Source: Squalus acanthias (taxonomy: Eukaryota). From it: a DNA stretch of 64,000 bases. Both the position numbers and the translations under genes were made by a program. Shown here one piece after another: positions 37,170 to 49,325 of this stretch (its first letter is position 1; the number at the start of each line of letters is the position of its first letter). The DNA lies in NCBI GenBank assembly GCA_030390025.1, contig CM059432.1:133426001-133490000 (forward strand), given 5' to 3'. Under the pieces are notes generated by a model. The model was not told the DNA's origin. It saw only the letters and a program-made list of their open reading frames with translations, and did not search any database.

Positions 37170-38740
37170 AAGAGGGAATCGCAGAATTAGCTATCATTAG
37201 ACAACTGAAGGCTCTGGTGGCATGGAGGGAGTGGGGTTTTGCATACACGGCCGGAGTCAGAGAACTGGAGCTTGTGGGATTGGGGTGTAGGGCTGGAGGA
37301 GATTACAGAGATAGAGTTAAACAAGACTATAGAGTGATTTGAAGATGAGGAGGAGGATTTTAAATGTGATACATTGGGGGACAGAGTGCAAATGTAGGTC
37401 AGCAAAGTCATGGATAAGGGACAAGTGGAGCTTAGTATGGGATAGGATACGGACATCAGAGTTTGGACACGTTATAGCTTATGGAGTGTAGGAGTAATCG
37501 AGACTGGAGGTGACAAAGGCGTGTATAAAGGTATCGGTGGCAGAGGGGCTGATGTAGGGGCAGAAGCAGGCAATGTTGCAGAGGTGGAAATAGGCAGTTT
37601 TGATGATAGATCAGCTTGGCTGAGGGTCACACAGGGTGTTGAGGTTGCAAACAATCTGGTTGAGCCTGAGTGAGTGGCCAGGGGGCAGGCTTTTTGGCCA
37701 AGGCTGAAAATGATTCCTTCACTCTTTGCAACGTTGAACTGGTAGAAGTCATGGCACATCCATGACGGTATGTCAGTCAAGCAGTTCAACAATGTCGAGC
37801 TAATCGAGGGGTCAAGAGGAGTTGTGGAAAAGTAGCGCTGGATGACCAAATGCAGAGGTTGACCACATGCTGGCAGATGATGTCATCAAAGAGCAGCATG
37901 TAAATGAGGATGAGTAGGGGGAATAAGGATTGATCCTTGGGGGACTCCAGTGATGACAGTGCAGGGAAGAGAAAAGAAGCAATTCCTACAGTTGCACTGG
38001 CTACACTCAGATAGATAGGAAAGGAACCATGATGGTGTGGTGAACCATGTTAAAGCTGTAAAGAGGTCGAGGAGGACAAGGAGTAATAACATACTATGTT
38101 CATAGTCACAGAGAATATCGTTCATCACTTTAACTAGAGTTGTTTCGGTGCTGTATGAATGTCAGGAGTCAGATGGGAGGAATTTGAACAGGGAGTTTCA
38201 GAAGAGACGGCCTTGGAGCTAAGAGACATTGACTTTTTCAAGGAGCTTAGAGAAGGGAGGTAGGAGCAGGGCCTGTAGTTAGAGAGAGTGGAGGGGTCAA
38301 AGGTGTTTTTTTAGGAGGGGTGTGATGATGGTGGTATAGCCTGAGGAAAGCAAACCAATGGTAATGTCAGTTAGCATGGGAGCCAGGAGGGGAAACTGAG
38401 TGATTGGAGGTTGAGTGGGGAGGGGATCAAGGAAGCAAGAGGTGGACCTCCTGGTAGAAATCAGCTTGGAGAGGGCAAGGGGGAAGCTGGAGGGAGAACT
38501 GCAAAAGAATGAGGATTCTGGGCTAGAGTCGGTGGGAGACTGGGGGTGGTCAGTGGCTGGGGAGACAGGAGGGGAGAATGTGGTGGAGCTATCTGAACAA
38601 ATGGACAACCTTGGAGATGAAACAATTTGTGAGCTCCTCATGTTTGTTATTGAAGGAGAGGATGGAGAGAATGGGGAAAGGGGCTTTCGGAGATGGCTAG
38701 TCATGGAGAAAAGGAACCCGGGATTGTCCTTGGCCTACAG
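37170..38740 (-). mobile_element. Old L2 LINE, decayed RT region
   Basis: Remnants NDILCD..LVLLDL, GVPQGSIL and LDPLPT. Confidence 0.7.
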
Positions 38741-40369
38741 GATGTTGCATTTCTCTCTTCCTGTAACTGTCTCTATGCTTTTCTCACGCATTCTAATTCT
38801 TTCCATCTTGCTCTATCTTTCTTATTTGTCTTCCACTCTTTCTTTCGCTGTCTCTCTTCCTCTTTCTCCCTCTCTACAAATAGCTAAAAGAGGAAACCTC
38901 CCCCGCTCCACACTACCCCACTGACTTTTAGGAGCTTAGTCATTCCACAGTCTTCACTTCCAAGAATTCAACAACTTAAAACAAATTTCAGTTGGCATCC
39001 AGGCTTGGGAGCTGATGATAGAATTTAGCCAATTCCTAGGAGAGTATCTTTTATTCATGAGGATTGTACTAAATGAAATTTACTACTCCATTGATGTATT
39101 TCATCAAAAAAAAACTATAAATTAAGTGTGTGCTTTCTTAAAAATAAAATCCTCTTCAGTTAATGTTCAGGTTCAATTCCCAAAGTATTGACCTTATTAG
39201 GTCTGCAGTTTTTTTATGTATAAAGTCGCCAGCAAAGCATATCATGGCCTTTAGTTGTGCTGTTAAATGTAGCTATCATTGCAAACAGCAAAAGTGGTGG
39301 AACAAGACTTGCTTTGTAAAGGGCAGCTGAGTCAGTTTGCAGAACTTCAGGACGTCCTTTGTTTAGCTTGGTTGGTGACCCCTTTTCTTTTGGGCATTCA
39401 AAGTTTTATTCAATGCACCGATTGATCTCTTGTGCCGCGCTAATGGACAACGTAAAGAAATGTGGTTGTCTTCATTTCTGAAACTGTCTGCGCTTCTCTC
39501 CCACACCCTGTCTTACTTTTTCTCTTTCTGTTTGTCTTCCAGTCTCTCGATGTCTCTCTTCCCCTCTTTCTCTCCAGCTCTCACGCACTTTCTTTGTTGT
39601 CACTCTGCTTCTTATTCTTTTTCTCGCTCCCTCTCTCTGAGGAAACTCGGCAGATGTTCCTTTTTTAAATTAATGTGTATGACCTTGCTGTATTTGGGTT
39701 CAAAATTGCTGTGGCAACATTGTGAGCACTGCTGTGAAGGCTTTTTCAGCAAATATGCATGTTACCTATGTTATACTACTTTACCTGATCTCATTCCATG
39801 ATATTTTTTCCCCCCACTAGTCAAGCTGGGGAGTTTATTTTGGAATCTAACAAGCTGGATTAATTGTTACCTCCAGTAAGTCCAAGTGGACACACATTCC
39901 ACAAATTTACAATCTGTGATTAATGACGAGGCCAGTCTCTGGGCCTGAAAATCAGAACTCAGGTGGGCCTGGGTCTCAGGAACAGAGCTCGGGTGGACTT
40001 GCATCTGATGAACAAAAGTGAGATCAGGCCGTGCCCAGGGAGTGAAGCACAGACAGTCGTGGACTTGGAGAGTGGAGCATAGGCATTGAGCCCAGGAAAG
40101 TCTGAGAATGGGAGGCCTCCTGCTCTTTCAGGTGGGCTTCCCATGGAGGTTGGCGGGTCCACTTGGAGGAGGTGAGAAGCAGCAAGATGCTGGGAAACTA
40201 ATGCCATTGGCCCAGCAGCAAGGAGGTTCGGCCCAGGAATGGAGAGGCTGGATGGAGAGCTGTCCAAGGAGCAGACATGAAGAGTCAGCCTGGCAGAAGA
40301 AAGGGTGGGTTCAAAGTCAGCCTAGCAGTGTGTCAAATTTGTCCAAATTTATTCCTTTCTTTATATGGA

Positions 40370-41030
40370 TTTCATTGAAAATTTCAAGACTGAGATTTAT
40401 AGATTTTTGTTGGGTAAGGATATCAAGGATATGGAGTATAGGTGTGTAAATGGAGTTGAAGTACAGATCAGCCATGATCTAATTGAATGGCCAAACAGGC
40501 TCGAGGGCTGAATGGTCTACTCTTGTTTCTATATTCCTAAGGTCTCCCGTGCTCTCCTTGCCAGCCTCTGAAGCTCAATCTACATAAACTCCAACTTGTT
40601 CAAAACTCCGCCTTCATACCCTGTTCTGTATGAAGTCCCGCTCACCCATCGCCCCTGTCCTCGGCAACCTTCACTGGCTCCACATCCCCCCCGTGTATCA
40701 TCCTCATCGTCATTTACAAATCCTTCTATGCCCTCACCCCATGCTACCTCGGCAACTTGCTCCAATCCTATGATCCAGTCCATGCCTTCCAGCCTTCTAA
40801 CACTGGCATCCTACCATCAGTGGCAGAGCCTTCAACCTTTCTATCCGGAACCTTTTCCTAAACCCTTCTGCCTTGCCACCTCTCTCCCTATCTTTAAAAG
40901 CCTCCTCGAAAACCTATCTATTCCACCACACCTTCAGTGGCCTCACCTAACTCCTCTACTTCTACTCCTTGGTATTTGGTTTTCACTTGTGAAGCGGCTT
41001 GAGATACTTGCTGTTGATTCTTGCATCTGA
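40370..41030 (+). mobile_element. Adjacent CR1 tail and decayed L2 3' fragment
   Basis: GATCAGCCATGATCT CR1 tail to about 40540, then L2-like sequence (ACCCATCGCCCCTGTCCTCGG). Confidence 0.55.
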
Positions 41031-43101
41031 TTGGGCCAAGCTAGTCATGGGACAGATAATATCACATGATTCCCCTGGACGAACTGTCTCGCTCAAAAGC
41101 GTCACTCAAAGTGACACCCAAGACGCTCACAAACCTCACTGTACGCCCTTTGTTTTAATAATGAAGATGATTGTACATGGGATGCATTAAAGGCTTTAGA
41201 TGATGTCATCAACACCAAGAGCAAAGCCTGAGTATGTTATTGACACTGTCTCAACCACAATGCATGTTTCTATTTTGAAGCAAATTTCAGAATGTGTTAG
41301 TCTGTCAAAGTGTGTAGAAATACAATGATTTATTGTTTCTCATGGCAGAAAGCAACAGATGACAGGCTCCTGCTATGGAATCGCAGAACTTGACAAGTAG
41401 TAATTTGGGGATTTATTTTACAGACTGACACAGGGGATTATCACAGTCTCTATGTATTATTGACATGTTAAACTGAAGCAAATATATTGAAACTGTCTCT
41501 TTGGGATTCAAAATCTCGATTATGAATGGCCCTTAAACAGAATGTCAAGAAAGGATGGGCTTTTTGCGTGCAATAATCTGTTTCCTGTTAAAAATTCCGG
41601 CATTCCTATTTTGGGACCTGTGCTCGCTGAAGCACACAGCCTTAACTTACTACATTTTTAAGGCGAAAGGCTAACTTGGTTTCAACAATTTATTAATATG
41701 CGTTTTCCAATTTTATGCACATCAAATGAATATACCCCTTTGTTTAAAATGATATATTTTCTGCTTTCACCCTTTACATGTAAAATTAAGTAATGTACTA
41801 ATAACAGCAGGTGTTTGTGAGATATAACTGGATGCACTGAGCAGAAACACTTCCAATACTGGTAGAGTTACTTCTAATGAACACATGCACCATTTGACAC
41901 CACTTTACACTGCGACTGTGCTGCCATGTAGCACTTGCCAAATCAAACATTTAATTTCAACATTAGACTTGGCATACTTTCAGTCTAACCAACTGTGCTG
42001 TATTGTGTCACATTACGTTGAGCTGTGTTATTTGCTCTGTTCTGCTACTCCTTAAAAGTCCATGTTTGTTTTCAAAATCTACGATTCCCTCAGACTTGCA
42101 ATTAGTAAATAAATTTCAACGAAAAGTGCTGCTCATCCAAGTTGTATGAGGCTGTGGCATCTCCTTCTACATTTCCTTCAACCCCTTTCAACCAATGAGG
42201 TGAACCAATCGCCCGCGAATCCATATTCTGCATTGCATGCCCTGACGCCAGCACTCCTGCTCCTCCCAGTCCCACAAAGGAAAGTTTTGAACTTATCTTT
42301 GGTGGTCTGATCAGGTTCTTGCTGTTGGGGCGGCCACTGCGGTTTCTCATTGACTTCTGGGTAAAGATGGCACCGGCAGCCTACTGGCACGATAGGACCC
42401 CAAGTTGCATAAATGTATGAGTCTCCTGCCTGACTCAGATGGGCACCTCATATGCCTGAAAAAGCTCCCCCCGCCCATTTTTTTTATTCGTTCATGGGAT
42501 CTGGGCGTCGCTGGCAAGGCCAGTATTTATTGCCCACCCCTAAGATTTCCTCAGACTTTCTACCCCGGTCAAAGTTAAAGGTAGCCCATGTGACTGACAG
42601 ATATCTCTGGGACACCCCCTTGTGATTGAAAAGAAAGAACTTGCATTTATATAGCGCCTTTCATGACCTCAGGACGTCCCAAAGCACTTTACAGCCAATG
42701 AAATACTTTTGAAGTGTAGTCACTGTTGTAATGTAGGAAATGGTTCAAATTTTGATAATGGTGGGGCCTCTCGTTGTTATAGCAACTATACAGTATTGAC
42801 TATCTGAGCACACAGATGGTGTGACTCAACCCCATTTGCTCATTCACATCTCTAGTAGAATAGGTACAGAGTACAATTGGCAGAGTTCTGGGAGCAAGTT
42901 ACCTGCCCATATCGTAAGCCGGGGAATGGTGTATGGAACAGGGGACTGAGAGTTTTGTTTCTTCTTGGTTGAATAATATGTTCTAAGTTTTTCTTGTAGC
43001 GGGGCGGGGGAGGGGGTGGTTGGTGGGGGGGGGGGGGTGGCGGGAGGAGGAGAGTAACCAGAGGAAGAATGATCTTCCTCCCAGCGGTACACTTAGACAT
43101 T

Positions 43102-43289
43102 GGGGGTAATTTTAACCTAACCCACCATGTGGCAATCCCATGGGATTGGGTGGAATGCCGGTTTTACACCCTGCCCATATATAATTCTCCACAGGCTTCA
43201 ATGGAGAGTAAAATCAGGTGGGGTGTAAAACCAGCCTTGCGATCGATCCCGTCCATTTCCGGCAGATGGGTTAGATTACAATTGCCCCC
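43102..43289. mobile_element. Small palindromic MITE
   Basis: 22-bp imperfect TIR GGGGGTAATTTTAACCTAACCC with internal GGTTTTACACC/GGTGTAAAACC. A related remnant lies at about 12750-12880. Confidence 0.65.
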
Positions 43290-43645
43290 TACAGTTTCAG
43301 CATAGCTGAAGCCTTCAACCTTATAGCAACCCGTGCAGAATGTCACATCGGAAATGAGCTTCCCCATTAATAAGCAGGATGCCTCAATGGAAGCACAGTG
43401 ATGCTTAATCCTAGTGGACAGAGCGCAGGGGAGGCCCGGCAGCTGAGAAAGATAACGACAGCAAGAAATGCAGATATGAACCATAAAAACTTACTGCATT
43501 TTCCCAACCCGTCTGATGTAAATCTCTGTGCCCTCGGCTCTCTTTCCCATTCTCCACATCCTAGCTCGCAGAACTACTTTCACAAGTCAATCTAATTCAT
43601 TCATTCTGCCAGTTGGAGGAGTATGAAGGCAAAATGCGGCGTCTG

Positions 43646-44470
43646 TCAGACAGAAGGTGTACTGATGTGTTTTAATAGCTCTTTCTTAGCACTCAGTGCA
43701 ATGTGATAATAGTTCTGGAGCTGTGCCTGTTGTCCCTGTAACTGCTGTTGTAAATTTCTGATGGAGCGCAGCAGCATCAATTTCCGATACATTTTGATCT
43801 GGGTCTGAAATTGCTCTTTCAAGCCCATTTTTATCTTTGCCGTGGCTGTGAGGGAGATCTCGGCTTCCTGGTAGAGAGACAGTCCATCAACACCCTCCAC
43901 CGAATCCACCTGCACCTCTCTCGCAGGCCCCTTGGCAGAGTCACTCCACACCAATCTGTCATCACACGGCCATTTTATCAGCACAGAGTCATGCTTCCTG
44001 CCACTCTTTGCTAAACCGTGTGTACGACTGCTCTCAAAATCATCTAAAGGCGTCGGGCTTTCCAGATTTTCCGCACTAGCACAGCTGCTACCACAGTATC
44101 CAACATCCTCGGAAGATGTGGAAGATCGGCTCCCACGCATTTTCCCAGGAAATAAATTTGCTCTAACAGCATTTGGTTTTGGAGAAGTAGTTTTCTCACT
44201 TTGCGCCGATTGATTGTCACTATCATAAATTAAAATCAATTTGCCTCGTTCCCTCTTCCCCAAATCAGCCGGTTCTTCGTTACCAATGCAGGCATTTTTG
44301 ATATTGCCGCATGAATCGATCGGATTTTCTGACGTTCCGTCACTCTTTATCGTCCTGGGACTTTGTCCCGATTCTTTGTTGGCATTGCCGAGGTCAGCGT
44401 AGACCGGACAATCCAGGTTCATGTTATCTTTACTTATCTCTTCAGTAGACACAAGAACATTTTCAGACAT
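43646..44470 (-). CDS. C1orf216-like (UPF0500/DUF4653) protein, 274 aa, single coding exon
   Basis: Uninterrupted 825-bp ORF in non-repetitive DNA with A at -3. It has an EDVGY motif and a C-terminal coiled coil MYRKLMLLRSIRNLQQQLQGQQAQLQ..AKKELLKHI. These resemble, from memory, the C1orf216 motifs EDNGY and MYRRLALLQWIRGLQHQLIDQQARLQ..RKELIRCL. Confidence 0.8.
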   Translation of the reverse strand: MSENVLVSTEEISKDNMNLDCPVYADLGNANKESGQSPRTIKSDGTSENPIDSCGNIKNACIGNEEPADLGKRERGKLILIYDSDNQSAQSEKTTSPKPNAVRANLFPGKMRGSRSSTSSEDVGYCGSSCASAENLESPTPLDDFESSRTHGLAKSGRKHDSVLIKWPCDDRLVWSDSAKGPAREVQVDSVEGVDGLSLYQEAEISLTATAKIKMGLKEQFQTQIKMYRKLMLLRSIRNLQQQLQGQQAQLQNYYHIALSAKKELLKHISTPSV

Positions 44471-45339
44471 TGTTGTCTTCCTCGATGCAGAGGGTCATGC
44501 AGTTGATTGGTCCTTTCACTTGTATAGCAGAGGTTCCATGTAGCACAAGAGAAAAGATTTCAACTTCAGACTAAATACTCACTCCTGCAGTTATTTTCAC
44601 AGTCTGTATTCTATTGTAGATGTCATTACCTAACCCCTAATTAACAAATGCACTAAAATGATAATTTCACACCCTTCATGTCATTTTCCATTAATCTTTG
44701 AAAATATTCCCAAAGTTGCTTTTACACTTTTTCCTGAAAGTTCAATTAGCTCGAACGCAAATTAAGCTTTCATCCGGTGTCTTGTGTTTTGCTCCATAAA
44801 TTATTTAGGCTTTATATTCAAAATCACCGGGCCATGATAATTGCTTATGAAATAAATTTACAGCTACTTGTGACAGTCACACGGCAACCAAAGGACAAAA
44901 ACACAAATGCGCTCTTCTCCTTAAAAGCACAAGAGATATCAAACCTAAACATTCAGTCTCAGCATACAACTCAAATTGCCGAAAAATATAGCAAATGTAC
45001 TTAACCGTCAACCGATCCAAATTAAAAACAGTGAAAGTTGGAAACGTAGAGAAGATTAATCAGTATCTGAAAGAGAATGATGGGTTAATGTTTCAGGGTA
45101 ATCCAGACCAGTTCTGATTAAAGGCTCCCACCTAAAAGGTTAGCCCATCTTTCTCTTTCAGGTACCGACTGATTAACGCTCCATTTCTAGCATTTTCTGC
45201 TCTATTGAAGACTTCCAGCATACTTGAGTTTTTTTTAGCTTTAATATATCTAATTTGAGGAGAGCTTCCGAAGAATTGGAAAGTGGTTAACATAACCTCA
45301 TTACTTATAATAGGCAGGTAGGAGGGCATTGGTCTTATA

Positions 45340-45900
45340 CACCACCACCTCCAAGTTCCCCTCTAAGTCAGAAACAATCCTGACTTGGAAATATATCACT
45401 ATTCCTTCATCGTCACTGGGTCAAAATCCTGGAACTCCCTACCTAACAGCACTGTGGGAGTATCTTCACCACACGGACTACAGCAGTCCAAGAAGGCAGC
45501 TCACCACCACCTTCTCAAGGGCAACATAAGAACATAAGAAATAGGAGCAGGAATAGGCCATTTGGCCCCTCGAGCCTGCTCCGCCATTCAATGAGATCAT
45601 GGCTGATCTGATCTTGGGCTCAGCTCCATTTCCCTGCCCGCTCCCCATAACCCATCACTCCCTTATTGTTCAAAAATCTGTCTATCTCCACCTTAAATAT
45701 ATTCAATGACCCAGCCTCCACAGCTCTCTGGGGCAGAGAATTCCACAGATTTACGACCCTCTGAGAGAAGAAATTCCTCCTCATCTCAGTTTTAAATGGG
45801 CGACCCCTTATTCTGAAACTATGCCCCCTAGTTCAACTAGGACCGGGTAATAAATGCTGGTCTTGCCAGCAATGCCCACATCCCATGAACGAATTAGAAA
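45340..45900 (+). mobile_element. LINE 3' end (13400-type family) with a CR1 fragment (-) inserted at about 45525-45833
   Basis: CTCAAGGGCAAC | CR1 | CAACTAGG..AATAAATGCTGG. Confidence 0.75.
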
Positions 45901-46154
45901 CATACAATGGCTCTTTGGATCCGATCCTTAACATGTTGAAGCCGGGCAGGCTAGCCAGTTGTAGTTTGAAGCACAAGGCCTCTGCAGCAGCAATCTGAGC
46001 ATCCAAAAGATATTCCAAGTGGTCTTGGGACCTCTGTCACTGGAGCTCTGCCACAGATGTCCCTAAAATTGGTACACACTCTATGATGAACTGCTGTAGT
46101 CATGCATTACAAAAAATGTGGCTCCCCCACTTTCACCACCAGGCTTTGCAGAAT

Positions 46155-46537
46155 TAGGGTTGCCAACTCTGGTTGGCCATATTCCTGGAGGTGTCATCAC
46201 CTGACCTCCTACCTGCCACTGCCCCGCCCCCACTCTCCTGTCATTGGTCACCCAACATGTCCATCCTCGCGGCGTCCCACCTTCCCACACCAATTGGAAA
46301 GCGAATAGACTCTTCATTACCGGATTGGATGTTTCTTGACTGCCAGTCAAACAGCCGTTCTTTTCCCATGTCCAATATTTTTATAACTAGTAAGAAAAAG
46401 TGTTTAAAAGAATTTAAAAAAAAAACTTTTTTATTGCCCCTATGATTTTTCTCCCGGGGTTGCTTGCATCAGTGTCCTGGAGGTTAGTCTTTAATTCCTC
46501 GAGTCTCCAGGGCAATCCTGGAGGGTTGGTAACCCCA
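46155..46537. mobile_element. hAT-type non-autonomous DNA transposon
   Basis: TIRs TAGGGTTGCCAAC / GTTGGTAACCCCA with an exact 8-bp TSD TGCAGAAT (46147-46154, 46538-46545). Another end lies at about 62040-62054. Confidence 0.88.
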
Positions 46538-46809
46538 TGCAGAATGCTTTCCTCACTCTCTAGTGATGGGAAAAAATTTCTGTGCTGTGATAGCGGTCCT
46601 CTTTTATATGCAGGACCTGCAAAGCACTGGTCCTAGTGCATGAGGGAGGTGCTCTCTGGACCTCTAGCCAGCAGCTTCCTGCTCCTCCACTGGCACCACT
46701 ACTTCTACTCCTGTGAACTCATTCTCTGCAGTTCACCCAGTGCTTCCTCTTGAAGCGGACTGTCCACATCCTCCGAGGCGGACATACCTGTGCTACATCA
46801 TTACATAAA

Positions 46810-47131
46810 TACATAAATTTAAAAAAGAAATAGACAGTATCCTAGAAGTAAAGGGAATTAAGGGCTACGGGGAGCGGGCAGGAATTTGGACATGAGTCTA
46901 GGTTCGGATCGGTCATGGCCCTGTGGGTAGCGTAGCGGGCCCAGGGGCCGTGTAGCCTGATTCTGCTCCTATTTTCGTGTGTCCAATTCTGTTAGGTTCA
47001 GGAGATGGTTCTGTGATAGTAGATTGGCGGTTAGGATCAGATCAGCCATGATCTTATTGAATGGCGGAGCAGGCTCGAGGGGCCAATTGGCCTACTCCTG
47101 CTGCTATTTCTTATGTTCTTATGTTCTTATG
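46810..47131 (+). mobile_element. CR1 3' ends (two successive tail-like segments)
   Basis: GGCTACGGGGAGCGGGCAGG, then a second GATCAGCCATGATC...(TTCTTATG)n. Confidence 0.6.
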
Positions 47132-47465
47132 TGCTGGTGCAGTGAGTGACGCTTCTTGGGAGCCACTGGGACCTGCAGCTGGTTCTTGTGCAAAGCCTTT
47201 TGAGAAGGGACATGTGTTCGAATTCTGGTTGCATGACGTCCCTCCATATATTTCTTGCATTGGCATATAGAGTGTGACATGGTATTGTGCTTGGGGGCAG
47301 TGAGCAAGCAATCAAGTGAGGGAGAGAAGGATTGAGTGAGTGAGTGGAGAAATGGTTAGTACTAGCCCTGAGCTTGGAGGAGACCTCCAACTTCATTTCC
47401 CCTGTGCTACCATATCTTTGAGAGGTCGCACAACACCAGGTTATAGTCCAACAGTTTTATTTGAA

Positions 47466-47505
47466 ATCACAAGCTTTCGGAGCTATCACTCCTTCCTCAG
47501 GTGAA
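47466..47505 (-). ncRNA. Minimal type I hammerhead ribozyme motif in the PLE 3' repeat (left)
   Basis: Reverse complement of the motif at 50978-51017. Confidence 0.75.
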
Positions 47506-47837
47506 GTAAATTGGATACAGAATCGCCAGAGCATATATAGATGGAAAAAAAAGCATGTGTACTTTACAATTGCAGACCAATAAATTAAATCATCCTGACT
47601 ATCTGCCGAGGTGTGATAAAGTTAATTAAGTCAGCCAGGAAGGTACCACATCAAAAGACATAGCAAGATACAACTGAGACAATGAGGTGTAGTCGCAGGG
47701 GTTCCAACGTGTCAAAAGCTGCCGTCTGTATGTAAAACGAAAAGCTTTAAAAAAAAATTACTTTTTTACTGGGAAAATTTTTACTTTTTTACTGGGAATC
47801 ACATCTGTGAACAAGCTAACGACGACTCGAGTCCGGA

Positions 47838-49325
47838 TCACGTCATGTATCGTGACATAAACCCAAGATCCCGATTGAGACCGTCTTCATGAGTTCGGAA
47901 CTTGGCTATCAGTTTCTGCTCGATGATTTTGCGTTGTCGTGTGTTTCTAAGGTTGCCTTGGAGAACGCTTACCCGCAGATCCGAGGCTGAATGTCCTTGA
48001 CTGCTGAAGTGTTCCCCGACTGGGAGGTAACAATCCTGCCTGGCGATTGTTGCGCGGTGCTCGTTCATACGTTGTCTCAGTGTCTGCATGGTCTCGCCGA
48101 TGTACCATGCCGCGGTGCATTCTTTCCTGCAACGTATGAGGTAGACAACGTTGGCCGAGTCACATGAGTATGTACCATGTACCTGGTGGGTAGTGTCCTC
48201 ACGTGTGATGGTGGTATCTGTGTTGATGATCTGGCATGTCTTGCAGAGTTTGCCATGGCAGGGTTGTGTGGTGTCGTGGTCGCTGTTATCCTGAAAGCTG
48301 GGTAATTTGCTGCGAACGATGGTACTTCTGAGGTTAGGCGGCTGTTTGAAGGCAAGTAGTGGAGGCGTGGGGATGGCCTTAGCGAGGTGTTTGTCGTCAT
48401 CGATGACATGTTGAAGGCTGCGAAGAACATGTCGTAGTTTCTCCGCTCCGGGGAAGTACTGGACGACGTAGGGTACCCTGTTGGTTGTGTCCCGTGTTTG
48501 CCTTCTGAGGAGGTCTATGCGATTTTTCGCTGTGGCCCGTCGGAACTGTCGATCGATGAGTCGAGCGTCATATCCCGTTCTTACGAGGGCGTTTTTCAGC
48601 GTCCGTAGGTGTCCATCGCGTTCCTCCTCGTCTGAGCAGATCCTGTGTATTCGCAGGGCTTGTCCATAGGGGATGGCTTCTTTAACATGGTTAGGGTGGA
48701 AGCTGGAGAAGTGGAGCATCGTGAGGTTGTCCGTGGGCTTGCGGTAGAGTGAAGTGCTGAGGTGTCCGTCTTTGATGGAGATTCGTGTGTCCAGGAATGA
48801 GACCGATTCTGAGGAGTAGTCCATGGTGAGTTTGATGGTGGGATGGAACTTGTTTATGTTATCGTGTAGTCTTTTCAGTGATCCTTCGCCATGGGTCCAA
48901 AGGAAGAAAATGTCGTCGATGTATCTGGTGTACAGCGTTGGCTGGAGGTCCTGTGCAGCGAAGAAGTCTTGCTCGAACTTGTGCATGAAGATGTTGGCGT
49001 ATTGGGGTGCGAATTTGGTCCCCATGGCTGTTCCGTGTGTTTGGGTAAAAAAATGGTTGTCGAAGGTGAAGACATTGTGGTCAAGGATGAAGCGGATGAG
49101 TTGTAGGATGGCGTCTGGAGATTGGCTGTTGTTGATGTTGAGTACTGAGGCTGTTGCAGCGATGCCGTCATCGTGGGGGATACTGGTGTAGAGTGCCGAT
49201 ACGTCCATCGTGGCAAGGAGTGTTCCTGGTTCAACTGGTCCGTGGGTGCTGAGTTTCTGTAAGAAGTCTGTAGTGTCGCGACAGAAGCTGGGGGTTCCCT
49301 GTACGATGGGTTTCAGAATGCCCTC
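47838..49325 (-). CDS. PLE reverse transcriptase + GIY-YIG endonuclease, 5'-truncated but open (left copy)
   Basis: Motifs MDVSALYT, GTAMG, RYIDD, FLD, YRKPT, linker CHGKLCKTC and VVYLIRC..YIGET..RMNEH. The frame stays open upstream of the listed Met (EGILKPIVQG..) up to the junction. Confidence 0.93.
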   Translation of the reverse strand, partial: EGILKPIVQGTPSFCRDTTDFLQKLSTHGPVEPGTLLATMDVSALYTSIPHDDGIAATASVLNINNSQSPDAILQLIRFILDHNVFTFDNHFFTQTHGTAMGTKFAPQYANIFMHKFEQDFFAAQDLQPTLYTRYIDDIFFLWTHGEGSLKRLHDNINKFHPTIKLTMDYSSESVSFLDTRISIKDGHLSTSLYRKPTDNLTMLHFSSFHPNHVKEAIPYGQALRIHRICSDEEERDGHLRTLKNALVRTGYDARLIDRQFRRATAKNRIDLLRRQTRDTTNRVPYVVQYFPGAEKLRHVLRSLQHVIDDDKHLAKAIPTPPLLAFKQPPNLRSTIVRSKLPSFQDNSDHDTTQPCHGKLCKTCQIINTDTTITREDTTHQVHGTYSCDSANVVYLIRCRKECTAAWYIGETMQTLRQRMNEHRATIARQDCYLPVGEHFSSQGHSASDLRVSVLQGNLRNTRQRKIIEQKLIAKFRTHEDGLNRDLGFMSRYMT

